NCBI GenBank assembly: GCA_964606385.1
Contig: CAZSFZ010000008.1
Location: forward strand, 3,961-67,960
Direction of reading: 5' to 3'
DNA length: 64,000 bases
Source: an uncultured bacterium
GTDB taxonomy: Bacteria; Omnitrophota; Omnitrophia; Omnitrophales; Aquincolibacteriaceae
A program made the translations under genes and the position numbers. Shown one piece after another: positions 48,590 to 57,866 of the stretch. How positions within the stretch are numbered: position 1 is the first letter of the stretch; each line of letters begins with the position of its first letter. The notes beneath the pieces were generated by a model. It saw only the letters and a program-made list of their open reading frames with translations. It was not told the origin of the DNA and searched no databases.

Positions 48590-50278
48590 TTAATCAAGCC
48601 CCTGCACCCGCATATCGCGCGGGAATTCCACGGTGCAGGTATAAAAAACCTCCTGCTTCGCCTTGGGTTCCAGCTTGAATTCCCACAGCCAGATCCCCTT
48701 GCGATCCTTCCAATCCTTCTGTTTCGGTTCCAAACTGAGACCCGAAACTTTTACCTTGATCCGCTCATCTTCGGAAACAGGGATCGCGTCGAAAAGATTA
48801 ATCTTGCTGGCTTTCGTCTTATAATTTTCGACCGTCAGCTTGTATTTATAAATCATTTTCTTCGTCGGTGCCGGGATCCCGCCCAGCATCACATCATCCG
48901 CCTTCTTCTCCAGAAGCTCGCGCTTGACCTTCACGTTCTCATCCGCGCCCATATAAAGATCGAATTCCTGCCCGGGGGCGATACTGTCAAAGCTCGAGGT
49001 TCCCACAAAATCCCCGTCAAAGAACACATTCACGCGGCCGCCCAAGAGCTGCAGGTCCTTGGCATTCGTAACGAGGCTCTTGAGATAGGCCATCGCCGCA
49101 GCCCGGGGATAAGCCGAATACTCGAAACTCGATGCGAGCTTCTGCGCGGTGATCGGAAGCTTGTGGTCCGAACCGTCGGTCTTAACCGTGGCTTTTCTCG
49201 TAAGCTTGTAAGCCACCGACACGCCTTTGGCTTCCGCCTGGGCGTAGACATTTTCCGCTTCCATGATCGCGGGAGCTGACTGAGGTACGGCTCCTGCCAT
49301 ATCCATCATTTCTTCACGCGGTCTGTCTGCTTTTTCTGCAAGCACCATGGATCTGCTGGCATACATCATTTTTTGTTTCATGGGCATGGGAGGCGGTTCA
49401 GGACGGATGAACCAGGAGTTCGCTTCCGGCATATTCCCGCCTGAGGTCACTTGGGCCGTGGAAAGCGTCATCACCACATCGTCCCAATTCTCACCGGTGT
49501 TTTGCCGGACCACTCCATAAGAAACGAGTTCCACTTCCGACTTTTCGAAATCCGCACGGGCGTCATAGACCGCGTTCCAATTAGCGCCATATACCATATA
49601 GGAAAGATCGATGTTGAGGGAACCTTCCTTCACCACCTCGATCTCCACCACGATCGAACGCTTGACCTTGCGGCCCGACCCGGCGATCTCCCCGAGTTCG
49701 CGACGAAGCGCTTCGAGCTTCTTACCGTTCTCGCGAAGCGTGATATCCAGCTCCTGATTCCGGTCGAAATTCGTTTTGAGCTTGGCGCCGAGGAATACAA
49801 GCGTCGCTTCCAGATCAGCCGCCGAGGGCATTTTGGTCACGAGATCTTCGGGGATCTTCTGATTCGCGAAAAGCCGGATCGAATCCAGATATTGCTTTTC
49901 TTCGCCGAGGACCCGTTTTTCATTTTGCAAACGGGCATTCTCATCCTCGATCGCCTGGATCCGCGCCTCCAGCTCCTGGACCCTGGCCGCCGGGGCTTCT
50001 TCGGTATATTCCCGTTTCATCTGGGCCCCGAGGATCTTGACCTCGGCAGTCCCCTTTCCCTTGACGCGGATCGAGTTCTCGTCGATCTCCGGAATAATGT
50101 CGGCAAAGATCACTTTCGTATCGTCTTTCTTGAGCTCCACCTGAGCTGAACGGGTCACGAAAGCGCTTGAATTGTAAACAGTCACTTCACTGATGCTCGA
50201 GGAAGTCGTCACATCCGCCGCAAACACCGGGCCGGCTATTAAAAACATAAGAGCAAAAATCCCGAAGACCTTTTTCAT
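48590..50278 (-). CDS. secreted DUF4140/DUF4139-family protein (MuiA-like) with coiled coil
   Basis: 562-aa ORF with a signal peptide (MKKVFGIFALMFLIAGPVFA) and a central coiled coil. Lies between mcsB and clpC. The DUF4140/DUF4139 (MuiA-like) assignment is from architecture recall, with no specific motif seen. Confidence 0.65.
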   Translation of the reverse strand: MKKVFGIFALMFLIAGPVFAADVTTSSSISEVTVYNSSAFVTRSAQVELKKDDTKVIFADIIPEIDENSIRVKGKGTAEVKILGAQMKREYTEEAPAARVQELEARIQAIEDENARLQNEKRVLGEEKQYLDSIRLFANQKIPEDLVTKMPSAADLEATLVFLGAKLKTNFDRNQELDITLRENGKKLEALRRELGEIAGSGRKVKRSIVVEIEVVKEGSLNIDLSYMVYGANWNAVYDARADFEKSEVELVSYGVVRQNTGENWDDVVMTLSTAQVTSGGNMPEANSWFIRPEPPPMPMKQKMMYASRSMVLAEKADRPREEMMDMAGAVPQSAPAIMEAENVYAQAEAKGVSVAYKLTRKATVKTDGSDHKLPITAQKLASSFEYSAYPRAAAMAYLKSLVTNAKDLQLLGGRVNVFFDGDFVGTSSFDSIAPGQEFDLYMGADENVKVKRELLEKKADDVMLGGIPAPTKKMIYKYKLTVENYKTKASKINLFDAIPVSEDERIKVKVSGLSLEPKQKDWKDRKGIWLWEFKLEPKAKQEVFYTCTVEFPRDMRVQGLD

Positions 50279-50294
50279 AATATTGCCTCCTTGG

Positions 50295-51359
50295 TTAAAG
50301 GATGACTTTTGAGAAATATTCGCGGATCCGGGCGGCCCGCCGCGCGTCGCGCTCCGTGGCGTTCAGCTCCTTCCCGTTCATCTTCTGGAGATGCGCCGGC
50401 TGGATCAAAAGAAAAAGCTGGTTCAGGTCCGTGTGGGTCACCTGCCCTTCCAGCACACCAACATCGATCCCGACCTGGACAAGTGAAAGCAACATGATCG
50501 CTTCGGATGAAGACATCAGCCGCGCGGCCTTAAGCGTCGCCAAGGCGCGCCAGATCTGGTCTTCCATTTTTCCTTTACGCTTTTTCTTGAGATATTCCCG
50601 CGCCTCACGCTCGTGCGTGATCACCTGGCGGATCACGCCTTCAAGATTACTGATGATCTCTTCTTCGGGCTGCCCCAGCGTGATCTGATTGGAGAACTGA
50701 AAAAAATTCCCGCTCGCCTGCGTCCCTTCCCCGTAAAGCCCGCGCACCGCGAGATTCAGTTTTGACAAAGCCTGAAGCACCTTGTTGACCTGTTTGGTCA
50801 GCACCAGGCTCGGCAGATGCAGCATGCAGGAGGCCCGGATGCCGGTCCCGATATTCGTGGGACAGGCCGTGAGGTACCCGAGCGTTCCGTCAAAAGCGTA
50901 ATCCAGATTTTTTTCGAGTTCGCTGTCGATTTCATCGGCGATGCGCCAGGTCTCGACAAGATTAAGCCCCGACTGGAAGACCTGGAGACGCAAGTGATCT
51001 TCCTCGATCACCATCAAGCTTACCATCTCATCCGGCGTGATCGCGACGGCACTCTTGCCTTCCTCCAGGAAAAGTTCCCGGCTGACCAGATGGCGTTCAA
51101 GCAAAAACTGCCGGTCAAGCTCCGGAAGTTCGGCGGAAGTCAGAAAATAGGCTTTTTTGAGGAACCGGGCGTCCTGGACGGCATTCCGGACATCCTGAAT
51201 GATCGCGTCGCGCTGTTCCCCGGCAAGACGGCTCAAGAAAGGATAGGAGGAGAGGTTCCTCGCCAAACGCAACCGGGAACTGATAACGACATCGCTTTCG
51301 GGCCCTGTCGCCCGGAGCCAATTCACCGGCTGCTCAATAAAACGGTCCACTTCACTCAC
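50295..51359 (-). CDS. mcsB: protein arginine kinase McsB (ATP:guanido phosphotransferase)
   Basis: 354-aa ORF with a phosphagen-kinase C-terminal domain (CPTNIGTGIRAS). Confidence 0.88.
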   Translation of the reverse strand: MSEVDRFIEQPVNWLRATGPESDVVISSRLRLARNLSSYPFLSRLAGEQRDAIIQDVRNAVQDARFLKKAYFLTSAELPELDRQFLLERHLVSRELFLEEGKSAVAITPDEMVSLMVIEEDHLRLQVFQSGLNLVETWRIADEIDSELEKNLDYAFDGTLGYLTACPTNIGTGIRASCMLHLPSLVLTKQVNKVLQALSKLNLAVRGLYGEGTQASGNFFQFSNQITLGQPEEEIISNLEGVIRQVITHEREAREYLKKKRKGKMEDQIWRALATLKAARLMSSSEAIMLLSLVQVGIDVGVLEGQVTHTDLNQLFLLIQPAHLQKMNGKELNATERDARRAARIREYFSKVIL

Positions 51360-51873
51360 TTTTAGGCCTCTTCGGTTTTTTCAGTTTTTCCAACGACTGT
51401 TTGATCTCATCGCGCAAGCGCGCCGCTTCTTCGAAAGCCTCTTCCTGGATGCTTTTCCGGAGCTGTTCCTGGAGCTGGCGAAGGTCATGCACGCTGCGGG
51501 TGTCTTTCGAGATCCGGGACGGCTTTTTGCCGACGTGGGCTCCGGAGCGCTGGACCTGTTTGATCACGACGGAAAGCGGCTTCTGGAATGAAGCGTAACA
51601 GCCCGCGCATCCGAGCCGCCCGTTCTTCGCAAAATCCTCGTAATTCATGCCGCAATCCTTGCAGACCAGTGTGATCTTCTTACCCGACGCACCGACCATT
51701 TTTTCAAGTCCCGGCACTCCGGCCAGAAGATCGCCGAAATTGAAATAGGTCTTGAATTCCGTTCCTTTTTCCTCAGCGCAGGCTTCGCAGATATGCACTT
51801 CCGCCATATGGCCGTTCACGATCTCGGTCAGATGGATGGTCGCTTCCTTGCTACCGCAGACGTTGCAGATCAT
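51352..51873 (-). CDS. mcsA: protein arginine kinase activator McsA (zinc-finger plus UVR motif)
   Basis: CxxC x4 zinc-binding N-terminus and a C-terminal UVR-like helix. Overlaps mcsB by 8 nt. Confidence 0.85.
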   Translation of the reverse strand: MICNVCGSKEATIHLTEIVNGHMAEVHICEACAEEKGTEFKTYFNFGDLLAGVPGLEKMVGASGKKITLVCKDCGMNYEDFAKNGRLGCAGCYASFQKPLSVVIKQVQRSGAHVGKKPSRISKDTRSVHDLRQLQEQLRKSIQEEAFEEAARLRDEIKQSLEKLKKPKRPKSE

Positions 51874-51904
51874 GGGTGGGATCTCAAATTTGAAATTTTA
51901 AATC

Positions 51905-52810
51905 TCAAAGGGTGTACCGGACACCGTCTTTTTGGGTCAGCCCTTTAAACGCTTTGAGAAGCATATTCGTGATCTTCCCCGGCTTTCCCTCCCCGATCCC
52001 GCGCCCGTCGATCTTCACGACCGGAATGACTTCGGCCGCTGTGCCGGTCAAAAAGACCTCATCCGCGTTAAAAAGATCGTGGCGCGTGATAATGCGTTCC
52101 TCGAAAGGTAATTTTACTTTCACGGCAAGCTCGAGGATCGCCTGACGCGTGATCCCTTTGAGGGCCCCCAGGTAGGTCGGCGGTGTAAGCAGGATGTAAT
52201 CTTTCACCGTTTGTCCCTTGCCGGTTTTTTTGATCATAAAGACGTTGTCACCGGTGCATTCCGCCACATATCCCTGATGATTGAGCATGAGCGCCTCGAT
52301 GCAGCCGCCGTTTTTCGCTTCGATCTTCGCCATGATGTTGTTAAGATAATTCAGGCTTTTGATCGACGGATTCACGGCCTCCGGAAGGTTCCGCACCGTC
52401 GGCACCGTGATGATCTCAAGGCCTTTTTTATAAAGTTCCTTGGGATAGAGCGTGATCTTGTCCGTAATGATGAAGACCGTGGCTTTCTTGCAAAGCCAGG
52501 GCGAAAGCCCCAAGTCCCCCACACCGCGCGTCACGACCACACGGATGTAGGCGTCTTTCAGCTTGTTCCGCTTGAGCGTCTCCACGATCGCGGCCTTCAT
52601 GGCCTTCACATCCATGGGGATCGTCAACATGATCGTATGCGCCGATTCCCACAAGCGCGTCAGATGCTCTTCAAGCTTGAACACCAGGCCGTTATACGCG
52701 CGGATCCCTTCAAAGACACCGTCGCCATACAAAAGTCCGTGGTCGAAGATCGATATCTTCGCTTCGTTCTTGGGATACCACTTGCCGTCAAGATAGACCT
52801 GAAGTTCCAT
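51905..52810 (-). CDS. ilvE: branched-chain amino acid aminotransferase (class IV PLP aminotransferase)
   Basis: 301-aa fold-type IV aminotransferase (FDHGLLYGDGVFEGIRAY). Confidence 0.85.
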   Translation of the reverse strand: MELQVYLDGKWYPKNEAKISIFDHGLLYGDGVFEGIRAYNGLVFKLEEHLTRLWESAHTIMLTIPMDVKAMKAAIVETLKRNKLKDAYIRVVVTRGVGDLGLSPWLCKKATVFIITDKITLYPKELYKKGLEIITVPTVRNLPEAVNPSIKSLNYLNNIMAKIEAKNGGCIEALMLNHQGYVAECTGDNVFMIKKTGKGQTVKDYILLTPPTYLGALKGITRQAILELAVKVKLPFEERIITRHDLFNADEVFLTGTAAEVIPVVKIDGRGIGEGKPGKITNMLLKAFKGLTQKDGVRYTL

Positions 52811-52836
52811 TGTGTTCTCCTGGGTTTTCTAATTAG

Positions 52837-53571
52837 CTATAAGATCGGTTTACCGTTGATGATCGTATCGGGATTCGGCACGCGGGATTGTCCCGCGATA
52901 AGCACGCCATCCTGCAGGCGGTAAGAGCGCGGGTAACGCGACGCCATTTCCTCATCATGCGTCACGATGAGGAACGCCTGCCCTTCCTGCTGGTTCAGTT
53001 CGTTCAGGAGCGCCATAACGGATGCCGCCGTCTCGGGATCAAGGTTCCCCGTCGGTTCGTCGCAAAGCACCACGGCCGGACGATTCACAAGCGCCCGGGC
53101 GATCGCCACGCGCTGTTGCTCCCCGCCCGACAATTCGGAGGGATAATGGGTCCTCCGGTTCCAAAGGCGCACGCGTTTCAGAACTTCTTTGACCCAGGGT
53201 TTGTTGGGCTTTTTCGCGATCAGGGTCGGCAGGAACACATTTTCATAAACGGTCAGCTCCGGCAGCAGGTGGTAGAACTGGAACACAAATCCCACCTGAT
53301 GGCTGCGCAGACGCGCGAGTTCGCGCTCCGACATTTCGACCATGTCCTTGCCTTCAAAAAAGATCTTTCCGTCCGTCGGGCGGTCCAAGCCTCCCAGGAT
53401 ATGAAGCAGGGTCGATTTTCCGCAACCGGATTTCCCGGTGATAAAAACCATCTCGCCCCGGCGCACGATCAACTGCACCGAACGCAGGATCTCGAGCGTC
53501 CCGGCCGGAGTGTCATATTCTTTGCGAAGATCGAACGAACTTAGGAGCGGGGCTTCCACGACGTTATTCAT
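52837..53571 (-). CDS. lolD: lipoprotein-releasing system ATP-binding protein LolD
   Basis: 244-aa ABC ATPase (GKSGCGKSTLLHILGGLD). Overlaps the lolC/E permease. Confidence 0.85.
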   Translation of the reverse strand: MNNVVEAPLLSSFDLRKEYDTPAGTLEILRSVQLIVRRGEMVFITGKSGCGKSTLLHILGGLDRPTDGKIFFEGKDMVEMSERELARLRSHQVGFVFQFYHLLPELTVYENVFLPTLIAKKPNKPWVKEVLKRVRLWNRRTHYPSELSGGEQQRVAIARALVNRPAVVLCDEPTGNLDPETAASVMALLNELNQQEGQAFLIVTHDEEMASRYPRSYRLQDGVLIAGQSRVPNPDTIINGKPIL

Positions 53572-54871
53572 AGCGAAGCGCCTCCACGGGATTCAGGTTC
53601 GCCGCGCGATGTGAAGGATAAAACCCGGCCACGATCGCCACCACCAGCGCGTAGCCCACGATCGTAATCACATCCGGAATGTGGACCTCCGCGGGGATCT
53701 TGTCGAAAAGATAGATATCGCTCGGAAAAATATCAAGGCCCGTTGTTTTTTTCAGGAAATCGGCCACGGGATTCAGGTTATAAGCCAGCGCGAGACCGGC
53801 CGCCGCTCCACAAATGATCCCCAGGAACCCGATACTGAAACCTTCCAGAACGAATATTTTCCGGACGCTCATACGCGTCGCTCCGAGCGCACGAAGGATC
53901 CCGATATCCCGCGTCTTTTCCATTACGACCATGGTCAGGGTCGAGATGATATTGAACGCGGCCACCAGGATGATAAGGGCCAGAAGGATCGTCATTACCG
54001 ACTTCTCCACCTTAAGCGCCTGGAAGAAACTCTGGTTCATGTCGTACCAGGAACGGAAATAATACTGGTTCGAGAAATCCCCGGCGATCACCCATTTCCA
54101 TTTTTCTGCGTCGTCCACGTCACGGAAACGCATGCTGATCCCGGTCACCTTGTTCCCCATCTGATAGACCTTTTGCGCCTCATCGATACCGACAAGGGCG
54201 AGCGAGGTGTCAAAATCATTCATGCCCACCCGGTAGATCCCGCGAACCAGGAACGGCCAGGTGCGGACATGCGCGGGAAGCGGAACGAACGGGTTCTCCG
54301 GCTCCGGGATGGGAGTGATCATGTAGATCACGTCCCCGACCTGGGCACCGAGCGACGCCGCGAGATTCTCACCGATCATCACACTGCCGTGACGCGTTTC
54401 TATTTTCTTTTTGAAGAACCAGAGAAAACGTTTGCGTTCGACCTGCACGGAATCCTTGAAATTCAGGGTCCCGGACACCAAGTTCTTTTCAAAGATGCTG
54501 AGGTCCTCGGCCTCGGGGTCGATCCCCTTCACGATCACGCCGGTCGCGTTCTTGACGCTCCGAAGGATCGCCTGACCTTCCACGAACCGGGAAGCGGAGA
54601 CAAGCCCGGGAATATTGTGGCTCCGGATCTTGACGAGATCTGTCTCGGCATTCTCAATCCCATCTACTTTCTCGATCCGAAGATGCGGCTGGACCCCCAC
54701 GATCTTGTTTTTCAGTTCGCGGTCAAAACCGCTCATCACGGCAAGCACCACGATCAGCGCCATGACCCCGATCGCCACACCGCCGATCGAGATCATCGAG
54801 ATCAGCGAAATGAACCCCGTCTTGCGCCGACGAGTTAAATGTCTTGTCGCGATATAAGTTTCAAATCCCAT
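53564..54871 (-). CDS. lolC: lipoprotein-releasing system permease LolC/E (FtsX family)
   Basis: 435-aa ORF with MacB-like periplasmic domain topology and FtsX C-terminal TM helices. Confidence 0.85.
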   Translation of the reverse strand: MGFETYIATRHLTRRRKTGFISLISMISIGGVAIGVMALIVVLAVMSGFDRELKNKIVGVQPHLRIEKVDGIENAETDLVKIRSHNIPGLVSASRFVEGQAILRSVKNATGVIVKGIDPEAEDLSIFEKNLVSGTLNFKDSVQVERKRFLWFFKKKIETRHGSVMIGENLAASLGAQVGDVIYMITPIPEPENPFVPLPAHVRTWPFLVRGIYRVGMNDFDTSLALVGIDEAQKVYQMGNKVTGISMRFRDVDDAEKWKWVIAGDFSNQYYFRSWYDMNQSFFQALKVEKSVMTILLALIILVAAFNIISTLTMVVMEKTRDIGILRALGATRMSVRKIFVLEGFSIGFLGIICGAAAGLALAYNLNPVADFLKKTTGLDIFPSDIYLFDKIPAEVHIPDVITIVGYALVVAIVAGFYPSHRAANLNPVEALRYE

Positions 54872-54880
54872 AAAGCCTCC

Positions 54881-56281
54881 TTAAGACTCCGCCTCAGCCT
54901 GTTCAATCGTTTTCTTTTCAGGCTTCAGCTGCGGAAACAAGATCACGTCACGGATGGATGCCTGATTAGTGAGAAGCATGACCAAACGGTCGATGCCAAT
55001 CCCCAAACCTCCCGCGGGCGGCATCCCGTACTCCAGCGCCATCAGAAAATCTTCATCGACCTCTTTGTGCTCCCCGATAAGTTCTTTTTGTTCCATGAGA
55101 CGCCCGCGCTGGATCGCGGGATCGTTCAACTCTGAGAACGCGTTCGCGATCTCCATTTTCGCAACAAAAAGTTCGAAACGGTAAACAAGCTCCGCGTCCT
55201 CCGCCTTGGCTTTCGCAAGCGGCGTCATAACCGTCGGATAATCGATCACGAACGTCGGGTCCCAGAGGTCTTTTTCGACCTTCTCGCCGAAGATCTCATT
55301 CAGGACATCGATATCTTCCATCTTGTCCGTGATCTCGACATGCAGTTTCTTGGCGGCTTCGCGCACATTGACTTTCCGGAAATCCATCCCCGTGGCTTCC
55401 TGCAAAGCGCCATAAAAAGACACGCGTTTCCACGGCCGCTTAAAATTCAGCGTTTTGTCCCCGTACGGGATCTCTTCTTTGCCGTAGAGCATCATCACGA
55501 GATGGTGCGTCAGCTCTTCGGTGATATTCATCATGTCTTCATAGTCCGCGTAAGCCTGGTAAAGCTCCATCATCGTGAATTCGGGATTGTGACGGACCGA
55601 GATGCCTTCATTCCTGAAATTGCGGTTGATCTCGTAGACCTTCTCGAAGCCGCCCACCAGAAGCCGCTTGAGATAAAGTTCCGGCGCAACGCGCAGGTAA
55701 AGATCGGTATGAAGCGTGTGATGATGCGTTACAAAGGGTTTTGCCCTAGCGCCCCCGGCGAGCGGCTGCATCATGGGTGTTTCCACCTCCATGAAATCCT
55801 TTTTATCAAGGAACGCACGGATTTCGCGAATAATACGGCTTCGCGCTTTAAAGGTCGCCCGGACTTCATCGTTTGAGATCAGATCCACATAACGATGCCG
55901 GTAACGGGTCTCGACATCCTTCAAGCCATGCCATTTCTCGGGAAGCGTCCGAACGATCTTGGAAAGCCGTTCGAACTTCTCGATCTTGATCGTAGGCTCT
56001 CCGGTCTTGGAAGTGAAAAGCTCGCCTTCAAGGCCGATGATGTCCCCCAGGGTCATCCCTGTGAAAAATTTATAGTGCTCATCCCCCAAGATATCCTTCT
56101 TGGCGTAGACCTGCATACGAGCGCCTTCATCCTTCAAGTCCGCGAAAGCGCTCTTCCCCATATCCCGGCGCGTCATCAGGCGCCCGGCTACGCGCACCTT
56201 GCGGCCTTCTTTGAAATTCTCACGGATTTCCGCAAGGGAGTCCTTGGGAAGGAACCTGTGTCCGTAATCTGAAGTGCTCAT
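54881..56281 (-). CDS. lysS: lysine--tRNA ligase (class II)
   Basis: 466-aa ORF with an OB-fold N-terminus and class II motifs 1 to 3 (GGARAKPF; GLGIGIDRLVM). Confidence 0.93.
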   Translation of the reverse strand: MSTSDYGHRFLPKDSLAEIRENFKEGRKVRVAGRLMTRRDMGKSAFADLKDEGARMQVYAKKDILGDEHYKFFTGMTLGDIIGLEGELFTSKTGEPTIKIEKFERLSKIVRTLPEKWHGLKDVETRYRHRYVDLISNDEVRATFKARSRIIREIRAFLDKKDFMEVETPMMQPLAGGARAKPFVTHHHTLHTDLYLRVAPELYLKRLLVGGFEKVYEINRNFRNEGISVRHNPEFTMMELYQAYADYEDMMNITEELTHHLVMMLYGKEEIPYGDKTLNFKRPWKRVSFYGALQEATGMDFRKVNVREAAKKLHVEITDKMEDIDVLNEIFGEKVEKDLWDPTFVIDYPTVMTPLAKAKAEDAELVYRFELFVAKMEIANAFSELNDPAIQRGRLMEQKELIGEHKEVDEDFLMALEYGMPPAGGLGIGIDRLVMLLTNQASIRDVILFPQLKPEKKTIEQAEAES

Positions 56282-56393
56282 GTAAACCTGTCCTTATTCC
56301 TTGAGACAAAATGATTTAAGGCGTTTGAAGCGGTTATTATAGGCTAGTTCCAAGGCAGGGTCAATCAGCGTCGGGATGCCCGAAGGAATTTGT

Positions 56394-57842
56394 TTAAAGA
56401 GGTAAGGTGAAGTGAAAGGTGCTTCCTTTGCCAATCTCGGACTCAACCCAGATCTCGCCGTGATGCGCCTGGATGATCTCTTTGGAAATGGCTAGCCCCA
56501 GTCCCGAACCGCCTTTTTTCTTACCATTCTTCCCGGCCTGCTCAAACGGCTCGAAGATCCTCTCGAGATCGTCAGCCCGGATCCCCCGGCCGGTGTCCTT
56601 CACGCTGACATGAACCCGGGCAGGCTCACGCCGCGCTCGAAGCATCACGCCGCCATTTTCCGTGCTGCTGAAAGCGTTGCTCACGAGATTGGTGAGCACC
56701 TGGCTTATTTTGTCGCGGTCAAATTTAACCCGGGAAAGGCCAGAATCACATTCCACCTTGAGGCTCAGCTCGCCCCTCTTGGACAGGATGCTCAGGCCTT
56801 CCACCACTTCGGTGAGAGTCGCCCCAAGATCGTTCTCCCGGATATCGAACTCCATCTTTCCGGACTGTATTTTCTGGAAATCCAGGACGCTGTTGATCAA
56901 ACGGCTCAGGCGATCAATATTCGACTTGGCCATACTAACAACTTCTTTCTGCTCTTCGTTGATATTCCCGACCATGCCCTCCGAGAGAATATCCAGCGCC
57001 TCCTTGACCACCGCAAGCGGGCTCCGGAGTTCATGGGATACAACGGCCGTAAATTTCGACTTCACCTCCGCCGAGGATTTCAGATCCTCGAGCCTCCTCT
57101 TTTCCGCCTCCATCGCCTTGCGCCCGGTGATATCGATCAAAATACCGTTAAAAACGATTTCATTCCCCTGCCGCAAAGAAGGTATCGAATTACCGGAAAA
57201 CCAGATCCTTTCATGAGAGGGCTTTTCCAGCACCCCTTCATACCGCCATTCGCTCACGTCGCGAACGGCCCGTTCAATCGAATTAAGAAAATCCTCCCTG
57301 TCTTCGGGAACAACCATGGAAGTGAACTTTTCAAAGAAATCTGCGGGATCGGGCTTCAGGCCAAAGATCTGCTCGGACCTCGAACTGACATAATAAAGCC
57401 CTTTTTCCCCGTTCGGCCTCGCGTAAAACTGATAGACCACTCCGGGAACTTGAGTGGTCATTTCCGATAAAAGTTCGCGCTGACTACGCAAAAGATCTGC
57501 CGTTCTGCTATGAACGGAGGCGAGATAGGCCACGATCCCCGCGACTAAAACGAAGATCAAGACCCGAATCCCCGCCTGAAAAAGCAGGACAGGACTCTGC
57601 GTAAAAGCCACCATGAGACAAAAATAACCGATCGCTACGGCAACAGAAAAAAAGAAGCCGCGTCTGAGATAATAGAGACAGGCGATAATGATGGGGATAT
57701 AGAAGAGGTTCTGAAAAATAATGAAATGTCCTGCGGAAAGGCAAAAAAAAGCAATGGCGATCGCGATAAGCGTCGTGACAACAACGGCCACACAGGGAGG
57801 ATCTTTCCACTGGATCTTCGAAAGGGCTTTATCCGACCTCAT
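56394..57842 (-). CDS. membrane sensor histidine kinase with PAS domain
   Basis: Five to six N-terminal TM helices, a PAS domain, HisKA (VSHELRSPL) and HATPase (GGSGLGLAIS). Confidence 0.88.
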   Translation of the reverse strand: MRSDKALSKIQWKDPPCVAVVVTTLIAIAIAFFCLSAGHFIIFQNLFYIPIIIACLYYLRRGFFFSVAVAIGYFCLMVAFTQSPVLLFQAGIRVLIFVLVAGIVAYLASVHSRTADLLRSQRELLSEMTTQVPGVVYQFYARPNGEKGLYYVSSRSEQIFGLKPDPADFFEKFTSMVVPEDREDFLNSIERAVRDVSEWRYEGVLEKPSHERIWFSGNSIPSLRQGNEIVFNGILIDITGRKAMEAEKRRLEDLKSSAEVKSKFTAVVSHELRSPLAVVKEALDILSEGMVGNINEEQKEVVSMAKSNIDRLSRLINSVLDFQKIQSGKMEFDIRENDLGATLTEVVEGLSILSKRGELSLKVECDSGLSRVKFDRDKISQVLTNLVSNAFSSTENGGVMLRARREPARVHVSVKDTGRGIRADDLERIFEPFEQAGKNGKKKGGSGLGLAISKEIIQAHHGEIWVESEIGKGSTFHFTLPL

Positions 57843-57866
57843 GCCGCACCTCCCCTTTCACGATTT

